This document shows positions 10,654 to 20,038 of a DNA stretch of 64,000 bases, piece by piece; position 1 is the stretch's first letter; every line of letters begins with the position of its first letter. Position numbers and translations under genes: made by a program. Origin of the DNA: Rhodothermales bacterium (lineage in GTDB: Bacteria; Bacteroidota; Rhodothermia; Rhodothermales; Bin80); contig OZ244626.1 in NCBI GenBank assembly GCA_965218495.1, positions 2,352,196 through 2,416,195 on the forward strand, written 5' to 3'. The notes beneath the pieces are model-generated. The model worked only from the letters and a program-made list of their open reading frames with translations, was not told the DNA's origin and made no database searches.

Positions 10654-11193
10654 ATGACTGTTCGCAAAGTCCCGGAGCTCCCTAACGTCTCGAAGGCGAA
10701 TACTCGTCCCTACGCCCTGTTGTCTATCGCCGCCGTCCTGGCCTGTTTTCTGGCAGTTGCAACAGGGTAAGATAGCTTGGGAATGGAAGAATTCGTACAG
10801 ACCGAGCAGGACCGGAAGCCGCCGCCACCACCGAGCCCTGCAGCACCAGTTGAGATGTCCAATGACCTGGTTCTCGACGGCGAAGTGGGCTCGGAGGTCA
10901 TTTATGTGCGAGCAGAGGATTTGGCTCGGATTCTCGTCGTCGCTAGGGTGGTGACAAGCCAGCTCAGTGATGAAGACATTGAACGGGAGACCAGCGCTGA
11001 AGGTAATGTACCTGTGGGCTTCGTCTTTGACGATCATGTCAAAGTATTGGATGCCCATGAATCCCATGACATCACGGCTGACCTCGAAGAAGATTACCGG
11101 CGTGCGGCAAGCCAAGATTACATTCTTGCAAAAGAGTTACGTCATAGTTTCCAATTTGATGTGAGCCGACTGATTCAGTCAAAGAACGAGTAG
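10654..11193 (+). pseudogene. TonB-derived lipoprotein paralog 1, with the lipobox Cys codon replaced by TAA and a non-TonB_C C-terminal region
   Basis: Manual translation from the ATG at 10654 gives MTVRKVPELPNVSKANTRPYALLSIAAVLACFLAVATG*DSLG. The TAA is at 10768-10770, where the paralogs have TGC/TGT. The same frame continues as track ORF 10777-11193, whose proline-rich segment RKPPPPPSPAAPVEMSNDLVLDGE matches tonB (QKPPPPPRPPVPVEVPNDQVLEDD). Confidence 0.7.
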
Positions 11194-11451
11194 CTGGGAC
11201 GCCAGAAACTGCGCTGCGGCAAAAGGTGTTTGCCCTATTCGCTTCCCGCAGACGAAGGCGCGTCACTTTGGTTGCTGCTCCGGCATGCGCCGGGAGCGTC
11301 TCTACCTCTTCATGAGCATCGGTGTGGTTTTGCCGTTGGCACTGGCCCTAACTGAAGCAGGGGTTACCAGCCTGACCTGATGTTGACTCGCAGTGGCGCG
11401 ACACATCTACCCGGCGTTAGCAAGGTGGTAGTATAACGGCGGACGCGCATT

Positions 11452-11773
11452 CCGTTAATTGGCGGTCACCAAGTCCAGCGGCGCGCTGTACGGCTATTCG
11501 GTACCGTGCCCAACGTAAAAGAAAGCCTCGGATGCCGACATAGCCGCAGGGCGGCCGGTATTCACGAAACGGAAGCAGTCACCTTTTTCGGCTATGAATA
11601 GGATTGCATCGTTATGCCCCAGCCATGCGCCGAACAGCCAGTACCCGTGACCGAGAATCATTAAGTGTGGTGAGCCTCTCAAAGTCGAAATCTGAAAAGA
11701 GGACGGGGTGGCGTTAAATTGGCGAATGAGATTTCCGGCCCAATTCAAGCTCTCCTACCTGCAGTACAAGTAA
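11452..11773 (+). pseudogene. Decayed TonB_C domain remnant
   Basis: Plus-strand fragments in shifting frames: LIGGHQ..., SRRAAGIHETEAVTFFGYE*DCIVMP (compare ARRAGTEGEVLVSFVVDEQGNVVNP), and GVALNWRMRFPAQFKL (compare GEAVKVRMPLPIQFKL). It ends at the TAA at 11771-11773. Confidence 0.55.
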
Positions 11774-11916
11774 GCACATCGGCTGATTGCCGTTAGGCGG
11801 AACCTTTCGAGTCGTTAGTTATCAAATACCACATTGGGTGGCTCGCCGGACGCGGCTTTACTGGTGCACTACCTGGATTCCTAGACGGCAAGTGGTTAAC
11901 CAACCTTTGCAGTAGC

Positions 11917-12426
11917 ATGATGACTCCACGAAAAGACCCCGAGCTTGCTAACGTCTCAAGGGCTAATGCCCGTCCCTTCGTCCTCCTAACGATCGGTGTT
12001 GCCTTGGCTTGTATTCTGGCAGTTACAGCAGGGTGCGATAGCTTGGGAGTAGAAGACTACGTGGAATCCGAGCAGGTTCAGAAGCCGCCATCCCCGCTAA
12101 TACCGGTTGATGCGTCATATGTCCAGCGTCTCGAGGGCGACGTGGACTCGGAAATCTTTGAGGTTGTAGAGGAGATGCCTCAACTTGTCGGTGGCCTAAA
12201 CACGTTGGCAAACCAGATCAGGTATCCTGATGGCGCTGAAGGCACAGCGGTCGTAGTACCTGTCATTGACGAGCAGGACTCCGCGGCCGATGCGGATGTT
12301 TACCGTGAAATTACGGAAGAAATCCGGCTTGCGATTTTGGTACGAATAGCAGAGGCCAGGCTTGAGCAGAGTGCCAACGTGGAGGTAAGAGGTCTAACAA
12401 GCCCGGGCCAGTCTAAGATCGAATAG
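11917..12426 (+). CDS. TonB-derived lipoprotein paralog 2 (truncated/degenerate TonB_C)
   Basis: 169-aa ORF with MMTPRKDPELANVSRANARPFVLLTIGVALACILAVTAGCDSLG (signal + lipobox). EEMPQLVGGLNTLANQIRYPD marks the start of a TonB_C domain, after which the sequence diverges. Confidence 0.6.
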   Translation: MMTPRKDPELANVSRANARPFVLLTIGVALACILAVTAGCDSLGVEDYVESEQVQKPPSPLIPVDASYVQRLEGDVDSEIFEVVEEMPQLVGGLNTLANQIRYPDGAEGTAVVVPVIDEQDSAADADVYREITEEIRLAILVRIAEARLEQSANVEVRGLTSPGQSKIE

Positions 12427-12715
12427 CCCCGGTACCAGAAACCGCTCGACGGCATCAGGTGGTTGCCCTCATCGCATTCTGCAGACGATGGCACGCATCA
12501 TCCTGCCTATCGACTCGAGTCGGGAGCCCGCTTTCCTCTTCTTGATCAATTTCGCTGCAACCCTGCCGCTGGCAATCGTTCTAGTTGCAGCAAGACCCGG
12601 CGCGGGCCTGCACCGGGCGGCACATCTGCCCAGCATGTACAACGAACAAGTAGACCGATAGCCGCGCAGGGCCGGGAGGTAGGTAGCCTCCGAGTACGTT
12701 GGCGTGCATTGCAAA

Positions 12716-12994
12716 GCAGTCGGTGTCTGGCTCAACCTGCTAGCACAGATCAATTACCCAGGCGACTTTGGAACAACGCGTCTTGGGACACGGTAGGGAG
12801 GAGAGCAGTGCAACGGCGACGCTGTAATACGTGGCATTGCGGGTTTCTGCGAGCGGGAATCCGAACGCGTGGAAAGCCTCGCGCAGGCCAAGCCCGTGTA
12901 TCAAGGGAGGAAAGGCGGTAGAGGTTTCGAGTTTGCCTTCCGACCCAGTGCTGGCTCTATCATACGAACAGCAGTGAATTGCGGCACTGACTAA
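12716..12994 (+). pseudogene. Decayed TonB_C domain remnant (probably the former second domain of paralog 2)
   Basis: Manual translation gives AVGVWLNLLAQINYPGDFGTTRLGTR*GGEQCNGDAVIRGIAGFCERESERVESLAQAKPVYQGRKGG.... It is collinear with ...LIGGLRALSSQINYPEIARKAGIEGR...DEQGNV...VVRGIGGGCDEEALRVAQLAKFVPEQQEG of paralog 3. Confidence 0.55.
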
Positions 12995-13128
12995 TTGCCT
13001 CAAGGCGGCAACTTTTCTGGTAGTTCGTCATCTATCCTCTAAAGAAAGGGCTTGCCGGGCGCGGCTGTCCTGTGGCTGTGCCCGAATTCCTACGTGGCTA
13101 GCGCCTAACCAACCTGAACTGTATCATC

Positions 13129-13938
13129 ATGACTCTACGGAAAGATTCCGAGCTCTCTGACGCCTCGAAGGCGCATACCCGTCCCTACTTCCTGCTATCG
13201 GTCGCCGCCGTTCTAGTCTGTATTCTGGCAGTTAAGACAGGGTGTGATAGCTTGGGAGTCTCTGATAAAGAAGCTCAGGTAGACTCGAATATCTATATGG
13301 TTGCGGACGAGATGCCTCGGCTTGTCGGCGGCCTTAGCGCGGTGGCAAGCCAGATCAAGTATCCTGGAATCGCCCGTAAGGCTGGCGTTGAAGGCAGAGT
13401 AGTCGTAAACCTTGTCGTTGACGAGCAGGGCAACGTGTCCGATGCCAGTGTGAGCCGTGGCATCGGAGCTGGCCTCGACCAGGAAGCCTTGCGCGTGGCG
13501 AGCCAGGCTAAGTTCAAGCCTGGACGCCAAGATGGAGAAGCAGTTAAAGTCCGGATGCCTCTCCCGATTCAATTCAAGCTCGATGAGTCAAGTACGCCAG
13601 CAGCAGCGTCGGACGGTGGCGCTGGAAACACAGCCCTGCCGGTGTTTCGCGTTGTAGAATCGACGCCGGAATTAATCGGTGGCCTAAGGGCACTGTCAAG
13701 CCAGATCAACTACCCGGAAATCGCAAGAAAGGCTGGCATTGAAGGAAGGGTGTTTGTCTCATTCGTCGTAGACGAGCAAGGCAATGTCGAGAGTCCTGAG
13801 GTTGTGCGCGGCATTGGCGGTGGGTGTGACGAGGAAGCCCTGCGCGTGGCACAGTTGGCTAAATTCGTTCCAGAACAACAAGAAGGTGAGCCGGTCAGAC
13901 GTCGCATAACAATCCCGATCCAATTCAAGCTCGAATAG
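13129..13938 (+). CDS. Lipoprotein with two tandem TonB C-terminal (TonB_C) domains, paralog 3
   Basis: 269-aa ORF. The N-terminus is RPYFLLSVAAVLVCILAVKTGCDSLG (signal + lipobox Cys). It then carries two units of the form EMPRLVGGL...YP..ARKAGVEGRV.V..VVDEQGNV....V.RGIG.G.D.EALRVA..AKF.PG...G..V...PIQFKL. Confidence 0.85.
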   Translation: MTLRKDSELSDASKAHTRPYFLLSVAAVLVCILAVKTGCDSLGVSDKEAQVDSNIYMVADEMPRLVGGLSAVASQIKYPGIARKAGVEGRVVVNLVVDEQGNVSDASVSRGIGAGLDQEALRVASQAKFKPGRQDGEAVKVRMPLPIQFKLDESSTPAAASDGGAGNTALPVFRVVESTPELIGGLRALSSQINYPEIARKAGIEGRVFVSFVVDEQGNVESPEVVRGIGGGCDEEALRVAQLAKFVPEQQEGEPVRRRITIPIQFKLE

Positions 13939-14659
13939 CGCCGGCGCCAGGAACCGCGTCGTGGCAAAGGGTGGGCTGCCCTCTTCTCTTCGGGCAGAAG
14001 ACGGTGCGCATCACCTTGAGTTCGCACACCGACTCGCGCAATAAATCCCTCCAATGCCGCTTGATGTGAGATATTGTCGCGACCCTGCCGTCGGCATTGG
14101 TGGCAGCAGGGGCACTGGCCTGATGATGACCGGCAGCGCAGCGGCGCAACTGCCGAGCGGGCACACCGTGGCAGTAAGCAGATAGCCGCTCAAAGCCCGG
14201 AGTTGAGGACCGCCAGGGACGTGGACATGCTGCCCAGGCTAGTCGGTGGTGCGTGCCACCACGTGGATAGAAAAGATCAGATTGCTGTGTCGCTGCAAAG
14301 CGGCCCGCTTTCAAGCCAGGAAGGTGAGTATCGTCCTTGTTGTTCATGAGGAAGTCAGCGTCATCGCCCCCGTAGCAAAGGGAGGCATTGCGCATTCCTG
14401 CGAATGGGAACCTTCGAGCAGCTCAAGCCCGAATATTAGGACGAATTGGCAACTATGGCCAGAATCAGCCTTTCAACCCTTTTCAGTATTTTTGAATGGG
14501 CTGATCCGAATGGCGGCATGGCCTTTCGGCCGTAAGGCTGCAACTTTTCTGATCATTCGTTGTGAAACTTCCATAGAATGGCTTACCGGGCACGGCTATC
14601 CTGGGGCAGCGCCCGTAACCCTACCCGACCGGCGTCTACCCCACCTGTGCACTTGCATC
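13939..14659. repeat. Spacer repeat S3, homologous to S4. It contains a heavily decayed TonB_C gene copy plus the leader of paralog 4.
   Basis: It aligns by eye along its whole length with 15482-16121 plus 19960-20038. Plus-strand relics are DMLPRLVGG and AFKPGR. The promoter-like motif is at 14534-14550. Confidence 0.7.
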
Positions 14660-15481
14660 ATGACTCGACGCAAAGATCCCGTGCTCACTGGCGCCTCGAA
14701 GGCAAATTTCCGCCCGTACTTCCTGTTGCCAGTCGCCGCCGCCCTGGTCTGTATCCTGGCCATTGAAACAGGGTGTGATAGCCTTGGAATCGCCAAAGCC
14801 CAGGTGCTTAGCACGCAGAAAGGGGACTCGCTAGTCTATTTGGCCGTGCAGGAGATGCCTCAGCCTATCGGCGGCCTTAGCGCGGTGGCAAGCCAGATCA
14901 AGATTCCTGACACGGCTCGTAAGGAAGGCGTTGAAGGAAAAGTATTCGTAGACATTGTCGTTGACGCGCAGGGAAACGTGTCCGATGCCAAAGTATTACG
15001 TGGGCTCGGGGCAGGTCTTGACGAAGAAATTCTGCGCGTGGTGTTACAGGCCAAGTTCACGCCAGGCCGTCAGGATGGAAAAGCGGTAAAGGTCCGGATG
15101 ACTCTCCCGATATTGTTCAAGCTCAGCGAGTCAAGTGAGCCAGCAGAACCGTCGGATAGCGGTGCTGGAGACGCAGCCCCGCAGGAATTTCGCTTTGTGG
15201 ACCAGAAGCCGGAACTAGTCGGTGGCGCTCGTCAAATACAAGCCCTTATCCATTACCCGGAGAGCGCAAGAAAGGCTCGCATTCAAGGAGATGTGATCGT
15301 CACGTTCGAGGTAGATGAACAAGGCAATGTCGTGAATCCTAAAATTGCGCAGGGCATTGGTGGTGGGTGTGACGAGGAAGCCTTGCGCGTGGTAAGCTTG
15401 GCTAAGTTCGTCCCTGGACAGGACAAAGGAATGCCGGTCAGAACTAGTATGCGAATAACAATTAAGTTTAAGCTCAAATAG
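14660..15481 (+). CDS. Lipoprotein with two tandem TonB_C domains, paralog 4
   Basis: I placed the start at the in-frame ATG at 14660 within track ORF 14246-15481, by homology with paralogs 3 and 5. The N-terminus is MTRRKDPVLTGASKANFRPYFLLPVAAALVCILAIETGCDSLG, followed by two TonB_C units. Confidence 0.85.
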   Translation: MTRRKDPVLTGASKANFRPYFLLPVAAALVCILAIETGCDSLGIAKAQVLSTQKGDSLVYLAVQEMPQPIGGLSAVASQIKIPDTARKEGVEGKVFVDIVVDAQGNVSDAKVLRGLGAGLDEEILRVVLQAKFTPGRQDGKAVKVRMTLPILFKLSESSEPAEPSDSGAGDAAPQEFRFVDQKPELVGGARQIQALIHYPESARKARIQGDVIVTFEVDEQGNVVNPKIAQGIGGGCDEEALRVVSLAKFVPGQDKGMPVRTSMRITIKFKLK

Positions 15482-16121
15482 CGCCGGCACCAGGAACCGC
15501 ATCGTGGCAAAGGGTGGGCTGCCCTCTTCGCTTTGGGCAGCAGAAGGCGCCCATCACCTTGAGTACGCGCAGCGACTCGCGCAAGAAATCCCTCCACTGC
15601 CGCTTGATGCATATTATTGTCGCGACCCTGCCGTTGGAACTATTGGGAGCAGGATGCACGGGCTTCATGATGATCGGCAGCGCGGCGACACAACTGCCGA
15701 GCGTGTACGCGGTGGCGGTAGGCAGATAGCCGCTCAAGGCCGGGAGTTGAGAACCCCGCCAGGGACGTTGACATGCTGTACAGGATAGTCGGTGGCGGGC
15801 CCTACCATATGGGTAGAAAAGATCAGATAGCCGTGTCGCTGCAAAGCGGCCCGCTTTCAAGCCGAGGTGAGGATCACCCTTGCTGTCGATGAGAAAGTCA
15901 GCGTCAACGGCCCGTAGCTATGGGAGGCATTGGGCATTCCTGCGAATGGGAACTCTCGCACAGCTTAGGTCGGATGTTAGGACGAATTGGCAACAATGGC
16001 CAAATTGAGCCTTTCGACCCAGTTCGGTATTTTTGAATGCGCTGAACCGAATGGCGGCATGGCCTTTTGGCCGTAAGGCTGTAACTTTTCTGATCATTCG
16101 TTATAAAACTTCCATAGAATA
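15482..16121. repeat. Spacer repeat S4 (homolog of S3), truncated by the IS insertion at 16121/16122
   Basis: Collinear with 13939-14580. It resumes after the IS at 19960 (gcttaccgggcgcggctatcc..., compare ggcttaccgggcacggctatcc in S3). Confidence 0.7.
16115..16121. repeat. Target-site duplication TAGAATA (left copy) of the IS at 16122-19952
   Basis: TAGAATA immediately flanks both IS ends (16115-16121 and 19953-19959). The uninterrupted homologous site in S3 reads ccatagaatggcttacc. Confidence 0.75.
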
Positions 16122-16362
16122 GTGATTGCCCGAAAAAGGCCTATTGGGAGCAATTTGCGGGCAGATTGTGGGTGGGCGGTAAGCCTGTAGTCGCGGTCAG
16201 GGGTGTGCGCAAGGCGCGCAGCCCCCGAATATGAGTGGATTTGGCACAAAGCCGCGGCCTTCAGCCAGCTTTTCATGCCATTGCACTACAAACACGATAT
16301 AGGTTTGCGCTCTCCCCATTGCAAGGAGTCTGGCTTGCTCCGGTGGCGGCGCTGGTAGGGCC

Positions 16363-16851
16363 CTATTGCGCCCTACTGCGAGTCTGGCGCCACTTTCGTC
16401 GGCGCGCTTCCTTCTGCTTCAGAACCTGACCTATGCGGTGCACATTGGTGGCCACCACTACCAGTGCCAGCGTCCTGTCGAAGCCGGCCTTGCCGTGGGT
16501 GCGCACTAGTGACATGCCCCGGTGATGGAGGTTATTGATCGCCGACTCTACGGCCGGGTGTTGACGCCGGGCTGCCACGAAGTCCAGATGGGTCTCCCGT
16601 TCGCGGTCCGCTTTACGGTGCCGCCCCTTCCGGGGCATCACGTTCAGGTCCAACAACTTGTCAAGCTGCTCGCGATTCTCTGGCGTGTAAAACCCCTTGT
16701 CCATACTGCATGATGCCAGCGCCGGATAGCGCCGCTTCGCCTCTGCAAGGAACGGCACGATCATGTCCTGGTCACCGCCTTCGTGTTGCACGTAGTGGCG
16801 CAGAATGAATTGATGCTGATCCTCCAGCACGCAGACCGGTACCCCAGCACG
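16363..16851 (-). CDS. IS transposase, 3' exon (downstream of the group II intron)
   Basis: This is the in-frame part of track ORF 16363-16968, from RAGVPVCVLEDQHQFILRHYVQHEGGDQD... to the stop. It joins in frame to exon 1 at ...KGKAGVMAEL|RAGVPVCVLEDQ. Confidence 0.7.
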   Translation of the reverse strand, partial: RAGVPVCVLEDQHQFILRHYVQHEGGDQDMIVPFLAEAKRRYPALASCSMDKGFYTPENREQLDKLLDLNVMPRKGRHRKADRERETHLDFVAARRQHPAVESAINNLHHRGMSLVRTHGKAGFDRTLALVVVATNVHRIGQVLKQKEARRRKWRQTRSRAQ

Positions 16852-18768
16852 GTAGGGACCCGAGTCTCCCCGAGCCCCCCGTACAGATCCGGACGTGCGC
16901 GCTAACGCATCCGGCTCCTCCCTCGGGTTGCGCTGGCGCGCGTGACGGTAAACCGTGCATCCGGCCATGGGTGTCGAATTGCAAGCTTCGGCCAGTAAGT
17001 CGCAGTGAGCATGTCCATATCTTTCCGCGACGTACGATCCCTCTGAGATCGCCGCCGCAGGACGCGCATCCAGATCCAGTGGAGCCGCCTACAACAGCGC
17101 TGGAGGTAGGGGAAACTCGTCGGTACGGCATAGTAGTTCAGTCAACCATTAAGCACCTGCCCCAACCATTGGCCCGTTTCACGCACCTTTCGGTGCCTTC
17201 GCCGGATCAATTGCTCCTTCACCCGCTTCAGAAAGCGGACCATCCGTTTGGCAATCGGTTTACGACCCAAGCCAAAGCGTCCTTTTCGAGTTCTACGGCA
17301 ATAATGCGTGAAACCCAAGAAATCGAACGTCTCTGGTCGGCCTTCACCTCGTCTCTTGCGGTCTTCCTCGGCGAGACGCCCAAATGCTAACAGGCGTGTT
17401 TTGCCAGGATGCAAACTCAGCCCAAACTTCTCGAGTCGAGCTTGCAGTTCACGCATGAAACGCGTTGCCTCCCTTCTGTACTGGAAACACACCACGAAAT
17501 CGTCCGCATAGCGGACGATGTATACCTCCCCCTCACACCGACGTGATTGGCGCCACTTCTGAACCCACAGGTCTAGCACGTAATGGAGATAGATGTTGGC
17601 CAGAATCGGGGAGATGACCGCGCCTTGCGGCGTGCCCACTTCGCTGTCCTGCCGTACACCCTCTACCATCACTCCCGCATTCAACCATTTAATGATCAGC
17701 CGTATCACGCGCTTATCCCCGATACGATGCTCCAAGAAGCGGATTAACCACCCCTGGTCTACCGTGTCAAAGAACTTGCGTATGTCGGCGTCCACAGTGT
17801 AGTTGACCTTGCGACGCTCAATCACAAAGGCCAAGGCGTCCAGCGCGTTGTGCGCGCTGCGCTTCGGCCTGAACCCATAACTGAAACCGCGAAACTCCGC
17901 CTCGTAAATCGGCGTCAGGATGCATTTCACCACGGCCATCTGGACGATCTTGTCCTCCAATGCTGCAATGCCGAGCGGTCGTGTACCGCCGTCCGGCTTG
18001 GGTATCTCTACCCGCCTGGACGGGGTCGCCCGATACGCACCGCTATGTACGCGCCGGCAAAGATCTGCCAGACGGACTTCCAGTCCTTCCGCGTACGCCT
18101 TCCACGTCATGCCGTCCACGCCGGGGGCTGCATCGCGCTTAAGCGCGAGGAAAGCCGTCTGGAGTGACTCTACATTGATGTGGTGCAGTAGCGTCGTGAG
18201 ACGTTCCTGTGAGTTTCGCTTCACGAACTCCCGTAACCGCTCAGTCCCCTGGGACACGCGCGCCCATTTCTGCGCATGGTGCGTGTGAGGACCTCGCGGT
18301 TTCCCCTTGGGTGATCCCCTTCGCTCCCGCCACTCCGCCGGAGCGTTCGCTCCTTTGTTCGCAGCGCTCATCGCTCGTATGGGATCATCTGACTTCTTCA
18401 ACTCGTGCATCTCCGGTTACGGCGCAAGCGCCTTTCCTTTGCGGCCCCGCACGACCGCGGGGCGAGTTGAAGACCTCCCAGGTCCCAGCAGGATATGTAC
18501 ATGCGTCCATGGGTCCCGGACACCGTGGGCCTGTCCGCCGTCTCACCATAGCGATGACGAACATGTTGCCTTCGACCGAGCTGAAAGCCTCGGCGACCCA
18601 GATTACATGTTTTTCGGTGCTCAATAACCCTGGCCACACGCACCGCTACCGACGCTTCGCGCCCACCCTCACGGGTGGCCACGCACGGCTCGCGGAGATA
18701 TGTACCTGGTTTCAGTTTCATAACACGGGACTTTCACCCGCTATATCCGGCCAGTTAGCCTGGCGCAC
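16852..18768 (-). mobile_element. Bacterial group II intron (1917 nt) inserted in the IS transposase gene
   Basis: The minus strand starts GTGCGCC at 18768. A domain V-like sequence GAGCCGGATGCGTTAGCGCGCACGTCCGGATC lies near 16885-16920. The intron ends ...GGGTCCCTAC at 16852 and encodes an RT/maturase. Removing it restores the transposase frame. Confidence 0.8.
17142..18410 (-). CDS. Group II intron reverse transcriptase/maturase, ending at a premature TGA (probably a pseudogene)
   Basis: 422-aa ORF with RT motifs (GTPQGAVISPILANIYL, VRYADDFVVCF). It stops at ...GQVLNG*, and the same frame continues LNYYAVPTSFPYL... to a TAG at 16902-16904. The TGA therefore replaces the conserved Trp of the G-W-x-N-Y-Y maturase motif. 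Confidence 0.85.
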   Translation of the reverse strand: MHELKKSDDPIRAMSAANKGANAPAEWRERRGSPKGKPRGPHTHHAQKWARVSQGTERLREFVKRNSQERLTTLLHHINVESLQTAFLALKRDAAPGVDGMTWKAYAEGLEVRLADLCRRVHSGAYRATPSRRVEIPKPDGGTRPLGIAALEDKIVQMAVVKCILTPIYEAEFRGFSYGFRPKRSAHNALDALAFVIERRKVNYTVDADIRKFFDTVDQGWLIRFLEHRIGDKRVIRLIIKWLNAGVMVEGVRQDSEVGTPQGAVISPILANIYLHYVLDLWVQKWRQSRRCEGEVYIVRYADDFVVCFQYRREATRFMRELQARLEKFGLSLHPGKTRLLAFGRLAEEDRKRRGEGRPETFDFLGFTHYCRRTRKGRFGLGRKPIAKRMVRFLKRVKEQLIRRRHRKVRETGQWLGQVLNG

Positions 18769-19710
18769 CAACTCTGCCATCACGCCCGCTTTCCCTTTGT
18801 TGATCCAGCGCGTGTGGGGCTCGTGCACGGAGAAAAGCTTCTGGCCGTGCGGAATCTTCTCGCCCTGGATCAAACGGCGCGACACCTGGTCTATCAGTTG
18901 CTCTCCAGTCCGCAAATACCACGACACCTCCGCGCTTTCAACATCGTTTTGCCTCAATATCGCCTGCGTGGCCGCTGCCTTCGACACGATAGTGCGGCAA
19001 AGTGCCAGGTAGTTTGCCACTTTCGACATGCTGCGCCACTGCCGGGAAGTGCGCACGCGATAAAAGGCGCGCTCCATTTTCTTGATCCAGGCCTGCGACT
19101 TGCACCAGCCCGCTATCGCATGCTTTTGGCACAGACGTGCCAGCTTCCTGATCAGACGGCGCAGCGCATCCCACAGCAAACGTGCATCGGTGGGCCACTC
19201 CACATGGGTCTTTGCAACCGCTGAGTCGGCCCGGCAGTGAAGCGGATCCGATGACCTGTGCTTCAACAGCTGATGCCCACGGGCCACCACCACCGCATTG
19301 ATCTGCCGCAGCGCTTCCTCGGTAAGCAGACTCACGTTGTCAATAACGGTCTGCAGGCGATACTGGTGCTTATCTCCAAAATCTGCATGCCCCAGCATCT
19401 GGCGCAGCGCCGTGTGAAAGTTCGCCAATTCCACCAGACGGTCGAAGTCGCAGTCAAGCGCCTTCTGCAGCGTGCCCAGCACGAAGATCCGCCACAGACA
19501 CAGCCCGGGGCAACCACGCCGCAAATTGACCTTCGCGCCTAACTGCTCCCGCAGAATCGCGAACACCCGCTCGCGGGTCTCGCGGTGCGTGAAGATGTCC
19601 TGCAGTCCACGGAGCACGGCCGGAATATCGTCTCTGGACCGAGCGTCAAAGCTGATCTCTCCAATGGGCGTGTGCCCAAGCTCAAACTGTGGCTCAAAGA
19701 TCGCGCGCAT
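18769..19710 (-). CDS. IS transposase, 5' exon (upstream of the group II intron)
   Basis: This is the first 314 codons of track ORF 18718-19710, ending ...FSVHEPHTRWINKGKAGVMAEL. The remaining 16 codons of that ORF are intron read-through. Confidence 0.7.
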
Positions 19711-19952
19711 GGCAGTAAATCGGGCGAATGTTGGGGCAGAAGCGTACTAATCACGCCAATAACGGTACTAAGATCGGAAAACGGCGCAACATTCGCTAAA
19801 ACAACGCAGGCAGCCGTTGGGGAAACTGCCCCGAAAACAGCCGCTCGACACTCCAAAATGCCCGATTTTCCGCCGCACGCGCCCGTACATCCGCCCTATG
19901 CGCCCAAGACTGCCGGTCTGCAGAGCCGATCAGGCATTTTTCGGGCAAGCAC

Positions 19953-19959
19953 TAGAATA
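19953..19959. repeat. Target-site duplication TAGAATA (right copy)
   Basis: See 16115-16121. Confidence 0.75.
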
Positions 19960-20038
19960 GCTTACCGGGCGCGGCTATCCTGAGGCAGCGCCCGTAACCC
20001 TACCCGACCGGCGTCAACCCCACCTGTGCACTTGCATC

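Larger units (their letters stand above)
16122..19952 (-). mobile_element. Insertion sequence (ISNCY/ISPlu15-like transposase) carrying a group II intron
   Basis: The terminal inverted repeats are GTGATTGCCCGAAAAAGGCCTATTGG (16122 onward) and the reverse complement of the right end, GTGCTTGCCCGAAAAATGCCTGATCGG. There is a 7-bp direct repeat. The element interrupts the S4 spacer repeat. Confidence 0.85.

Noticed and set aside
11494-15860. Minus-strand ORFs in the TonB-array spacers (11494-11748, 13925-14395, 15474-15860). They looked like a conserved small-protein family, because copies aligned at the amino-acid level with apparently synonymous differences.
   Set aside because: The same DNA translates on the plus strand into recognisable, collinear TonB_C motifs (ARRAG.EG...DEQGNV, ...PIQFKL, LVGG, AKFKPGR). 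The conservation is inherited from decayed plus-strand TonB_C coding sequence, and the minus ORFs are antisense shadows.
17142-17144. Alternative genetic code (TGA = Trp), suggested by a TGA at a conserved Trp codon.
   Set aside because: Long housekeeping ORFs terminate normally and contain no in-frame TGA. The other premature stops are TAA and TAG. Pseudogenisation or sequence error is the simpler explanation.
16852-18768. Possibility that the reverse transcriptase plus the repeated, variable TonB_C C-termini form a diversity-generating retroelement or a retron.
   Set aside because: The RT has group II intron features (YADD context, maturase GW.NYY region). It sits inside an RNA with a GTGCG 5' end and a domain V hairpin, and it precisely interrupts a transposase frame. 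No template/variable repeat pair with A-specific differences was seen.
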